Of a stretch of 24,000 nt of DNA, positions 21,915 to 24,000 are shown piece by piece. The position numbers were made by a program, and so were the translations under genes. The first letter of the stretch is position 1. The number at the start of each line of letters is the position of its first letter. Origin of the DNA: Solirubrobacter deserti (GTDB taxonomy: Bacteria > Actinomycetota > Thermoleophilia > Solirubrobacterales > Solirubrobacteraceae); the NCBI RefSeq assembly GCF_027587175.1, contig NZ_JAPCID010000029.1, forward strand, positions 46,597 through 70,596. Direction: 5' to 3'. The notes under the pieces are model-generated. The model was not told the DNA's origin, did not search any database, and was given only the letters and a program-made list of their open reading frames with translations.

Positions 21915-22673
21915 CTACTCCAGCTCGAAGCTCACGCGCGAGGTGCCGAGCTCGATCACGTCGCCGTCGCGGATGGACTGCGGGCCGGTCACGCGCCGCC
22001 CGTTGACCTTGATGCCGTTCGTGGAGCCCAGGTCGTTGACGATCCACGATCCGCCGGACGGCCGCACCTCCGCGTGCCGCCGCGAGACGTTCGGGTCGTC
22101 GAGCACGACGTCGCAGTCGCGGCTGCGGCCCATCACCGCGCCGCGCGAGGACACGGTGTGCGTGCCGGCGCCATCGACGTGCAGGCGCGCCTGGCCGCGC
22201 TGCGGGTGCGGCTCGCGCAGCGGCTCGCTGAGCCGCGCCGACGCCGAGTAGACCTGCGTGTGACCCTCGTCACCCTGGCTCGGTGGCTCGTGCTCGCGTC
22301 CCGACGGCTTGACGAGCCGCGCCTGGATGCCGAACTCGCCCAGGCGCAGGCGCTCGTCGGTCCGGAAGGAGATCTTCGGGCTCGTCATCAACGCGATCTT
22401 CTCGCGGCGCGCGTGTTCGAGCAGGTACCCCGCGAGCTCCTGCGCGAGCTCGTCCTCGTAGCCCTCGAACTGCTTGCGGTCCTCGGTCGACAGCCACACG
22501 GCGTACTCATTGGGGGCGTAGACGCGCGAAAGCGACTGGACCTTATGGTCCTCCATCTCCTTGGCGAGCTTGCGCGCGATCTCGACCGGCCGCACCTCGG
22601 ACTTGAAGGCACGCGAGAACGTGCCCTCGACGAGCCCGGCGAGCTTGGATTCGAGGTTGCGCAGTACGCTCAT
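21915..22673 (-). CDS. fhaA: FhaA (DUF3662 N-terminal domain plus C-terminal FHA domain)
   Basis: 252 aa. N-terminus MSVLRNLESKLAGLVEGTFSRAFKSEVRPVEIARKL is the FhaA/DUF3662 signature. C-terminal GRSRDCDVVLDDPNVSRRHAEV...VNDLGSTNGIKVNG is the FHA domain. Confidence 0.88.
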   Translation of the reverse strand: MSVLRNLESKLAGLVEGTFSRAFKSEVRPVEIARKLAKEMEDHKVQSLSRVYAPNEYAVWLSTEDRKQFEGYEDELAQELAGYLLEHARREKIALMTSPKISFRTDERLRLGEFGIQARLVKPSGREHEPPSQGDEGHTQVYSASARLSEPLREPHPQRGQARLHVDGAGTHTVSSRGAVMGRSRDCDVVLDDPNVSRRHAEVRPSGGSWIVNDLGSTNGIKVNGRRVTGPQSIRDGDVIELGTSRVSFELE

Positions 22674-22729
22674 GCGCCGCTACGCGGATCGGAGGCCATG
22701 ATTGCCGGTGCACAGTATCCGGCCTTGGG

Positions 22730-24000
22730 TCATGGCTCCACCACCGGAGCCCGCCGGAGGTGGGGGATTGTCACCGCGAACGCCCCCGCGAAAACGCTCG
22801 CGAGCACGGCGTGACGCGGTTCGGCGACGCCGATCGCATCCGCCGCGGCGACCGTCGCGCCGCCGAGCGCGGCGGCCCAGGCGGACGCCGCGACCAGGTC
22901 GAGCGCGAGGAAGCGGCCGCGCACGAGCCACGGCAGGACGGCCGCGGCCGCCGCCCAGACGAGTGCGTAGAGCAGCACGCCGCTCTCGGCGAGCGGCCGC
23001 AGCACGAGGTCGACGGCCTCGTCGACGTTCGCGCCGCGCACGAGCGCCGGATCGCCCGAGGCGACGGCGAGAGCCGCGGCGGGCTCGTCGGCGCCGGCGA
23101 CCGCGCGGGCTCCTCCGGTGCCTTCGCCGGCCAGCAGCATCGCGCGGCCCAGCAGCGGCGCGGCCAGCAGCGCCCACCACGCACCCAGCGCCCCCAGCGC
23201 CGCGCGCGCGAACCACCCGCGCGCCTGGCCCGCGAGCGCGGGGAACACGCCGGCGAGCGTCGCCAGCCCCAGCAGCGGAGCGAGCGCGGGCACCGACCAC
23301 AGCGGGCCGTGGCGGCGCAGCAGCAACGGCACCGGGGCGAGCGCGAAGCCGATCAGCAGCGCGGCGCCCGGGTGCTCGACCGAGACCGCGGCGACCGTCG
23401 CCACCGCCGTCGCCAGCCAGCCCAGGCGCGGCAGCAGGGCGACCGCGAGCACGGCGGCGAGCGCCGGGAGCGCGGGCTGCTCGGCCCAGGCCAGCGCGGC
23501 GGCACACAGCCCGCCGGCGGCCACCGCGGCCAGTGCCCGATCGAGCCCGCGTGGGACGTCGTGGCCGCCCTCCCAGGTCGCGACCGTCCCGCCCTCGTCG
23601 GAGACCTCGGGCAGCGCGTCCTCGAGCGCCGCCGCCAGGTCCTCGAGCGTCCCACGCTCGCCCGGCTTGGGGCGGACGGCGCGGTCGATCGCCGCGCACA
23701 GCTCCGGCGGCAGGTCCTTGCGATGGCGCTTGAGCGGCGGGAGCACGGTGCCGACGCGCTTGGCCGTCGCAGCCGGCGAGCCCGCGCGCACGGGATGGAC
23801 GCCCGCCAGCGCCTCGTAGAGCACGAGCGCGAGGCTGTAGAGGTCGCAGCGGTGGTCGATCCGCTTGCCCTCGGCCTGCTCGGGCGCCATGTAGGCCAAC
23901 GTGCCGACCACGTCGCCCGTGCGGGTCAGCGGCTCGTCACCGGCGAGGTGCGCGACGCCGAAGTCGGCCAGCTTGGCCACGCCCGCGGCCGAGCGCGGCG
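22730..24000 (-). CDS. Ser/Thr protein kinase (C-terminal part of the catalytic domain from the DFG motif onward) fused to an Ala/Leu-rich polytopic membrane domain; the 5' end lies beyond the right edge
   Basis: The reading frame stays open to 24000 (..SAAGVAKLADFGVAHL...GTLAYMAPEQ...DLYSLALVLYEAL...DRAVRPKPGERG). About 270 aa with roughly 7-8 hydrophobic helices follow. The track 'start' at 23980 is an internal GTG. Confidence 0.8.
   Translation of the reverse strand, partial: PRSAAGVAKLADFGVAHLAGDEPLTRTGDVVGTLAYMAPEQAEGKRIDHRCDLYSLALVLYEALAGVHPVRAGSPAATAKRVGTVLPPLKRHRKDLPPELCAAIDRAVRPKPGERGTLEDLAAALEDALPEVSDEGGTVATWEGGHDVPRGLDRALAAVAAGGLCAAALAWAEQPALPALAAVLAVALLPRLGWLATAVATVAAVSVEHPGAALLIGFALAPVPLLLRRHGPLWSVPALAPLLGLATLAGVFPALAGQARGWFARAALGALGAWWALLAAPLLGRAMLLAGEGTGGARAVAGADEPAAALAVASGDPALVRGANVDEAVDLVLRPLAESGVLLYALVWAAAAAVLPWLVRGRFLALDLVAASAWAAALGGATVAAADAIGVAEPRHAVLASVFAGAFAVTIPHLRRAPVVEP

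Noticed and set aside
22680-23733. Two roughly 340-aa extremely Arg-rich ORFs (22680-23699 minus, 22702-23733 plus) overlapping the membrane domain of the third kinase.
   Set aside because: The protamine-like composition (R/P/A/G) is a GC-rich frame artefact. The frame encoding the kinase plus hydrophobic helices is continuous with a bona fide DFG...APE kinase sequence.

Overview
High-GC (about 70%) window. Gene order and protein motifs point to an actinobacterial lineage, plausibly a motile member of Thermoleophilia/Solirubrobacterales such as Conexibacter; that assignment is inference only. Two blocks. (1) Positions 1-11316 are a Gram-positive-type flagellar cluster. On the minus strand: flgB-flgC-fliE-fliF, and a FliK-like gene, an FlhB-C-terminal-like gene, the sigma-28 gene fliA/whiG, flaG, fliD, fliS and a FliT-like ORF. 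On the plus strand: flgF-flgG-flgJ(N-domain only)-flgN-flgK-flgL-fliW-csrA. This window contains no flagellin, no FlgM-like anti-sigma and no L/P-ring genes. (2) Positions 11347-24000 hold an orphan acidic protein, UV-damage endonuclease uvsE, a Ser/Thr kinase with a discoidin-like ectodomain, and the conserved actinobacterial cell-wall signalling operon fhaA-fhaB-pstP-rodA-pbpA-pknB. That operon has no pknA here and has ddl translationally coupled to pknB. A third, membrane-embedded Ser/Thr kinase runs off the right edge. I see no mobile elements, CRISPR arrays, rRNA/tRNA genes or recognisable defence system. The most interesting signals are regulatory: a recurring CT(A/C)AAG-N14/15-GCCGAT motif (sigma-28/WhiG-type promoter) in nearly every flagellar intergenic gap; start codons 8-11 nt after that -10 element with no Shine-Dalgarno (apparently leaderless mRNAs); CU-rich (CCCT)n plus CAGGA leaders; and a perfect 11-bp hairpin presenting the AUG and a GGA of the orphan ORF just downstream of csrA (a CsrA-site-like structure). 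The translationally coupled short FliK-like/FlhB-CTD-like pair just upstream of fliA also deserves a look. All protein calls come from reading motifs by eye; no database search was possible.
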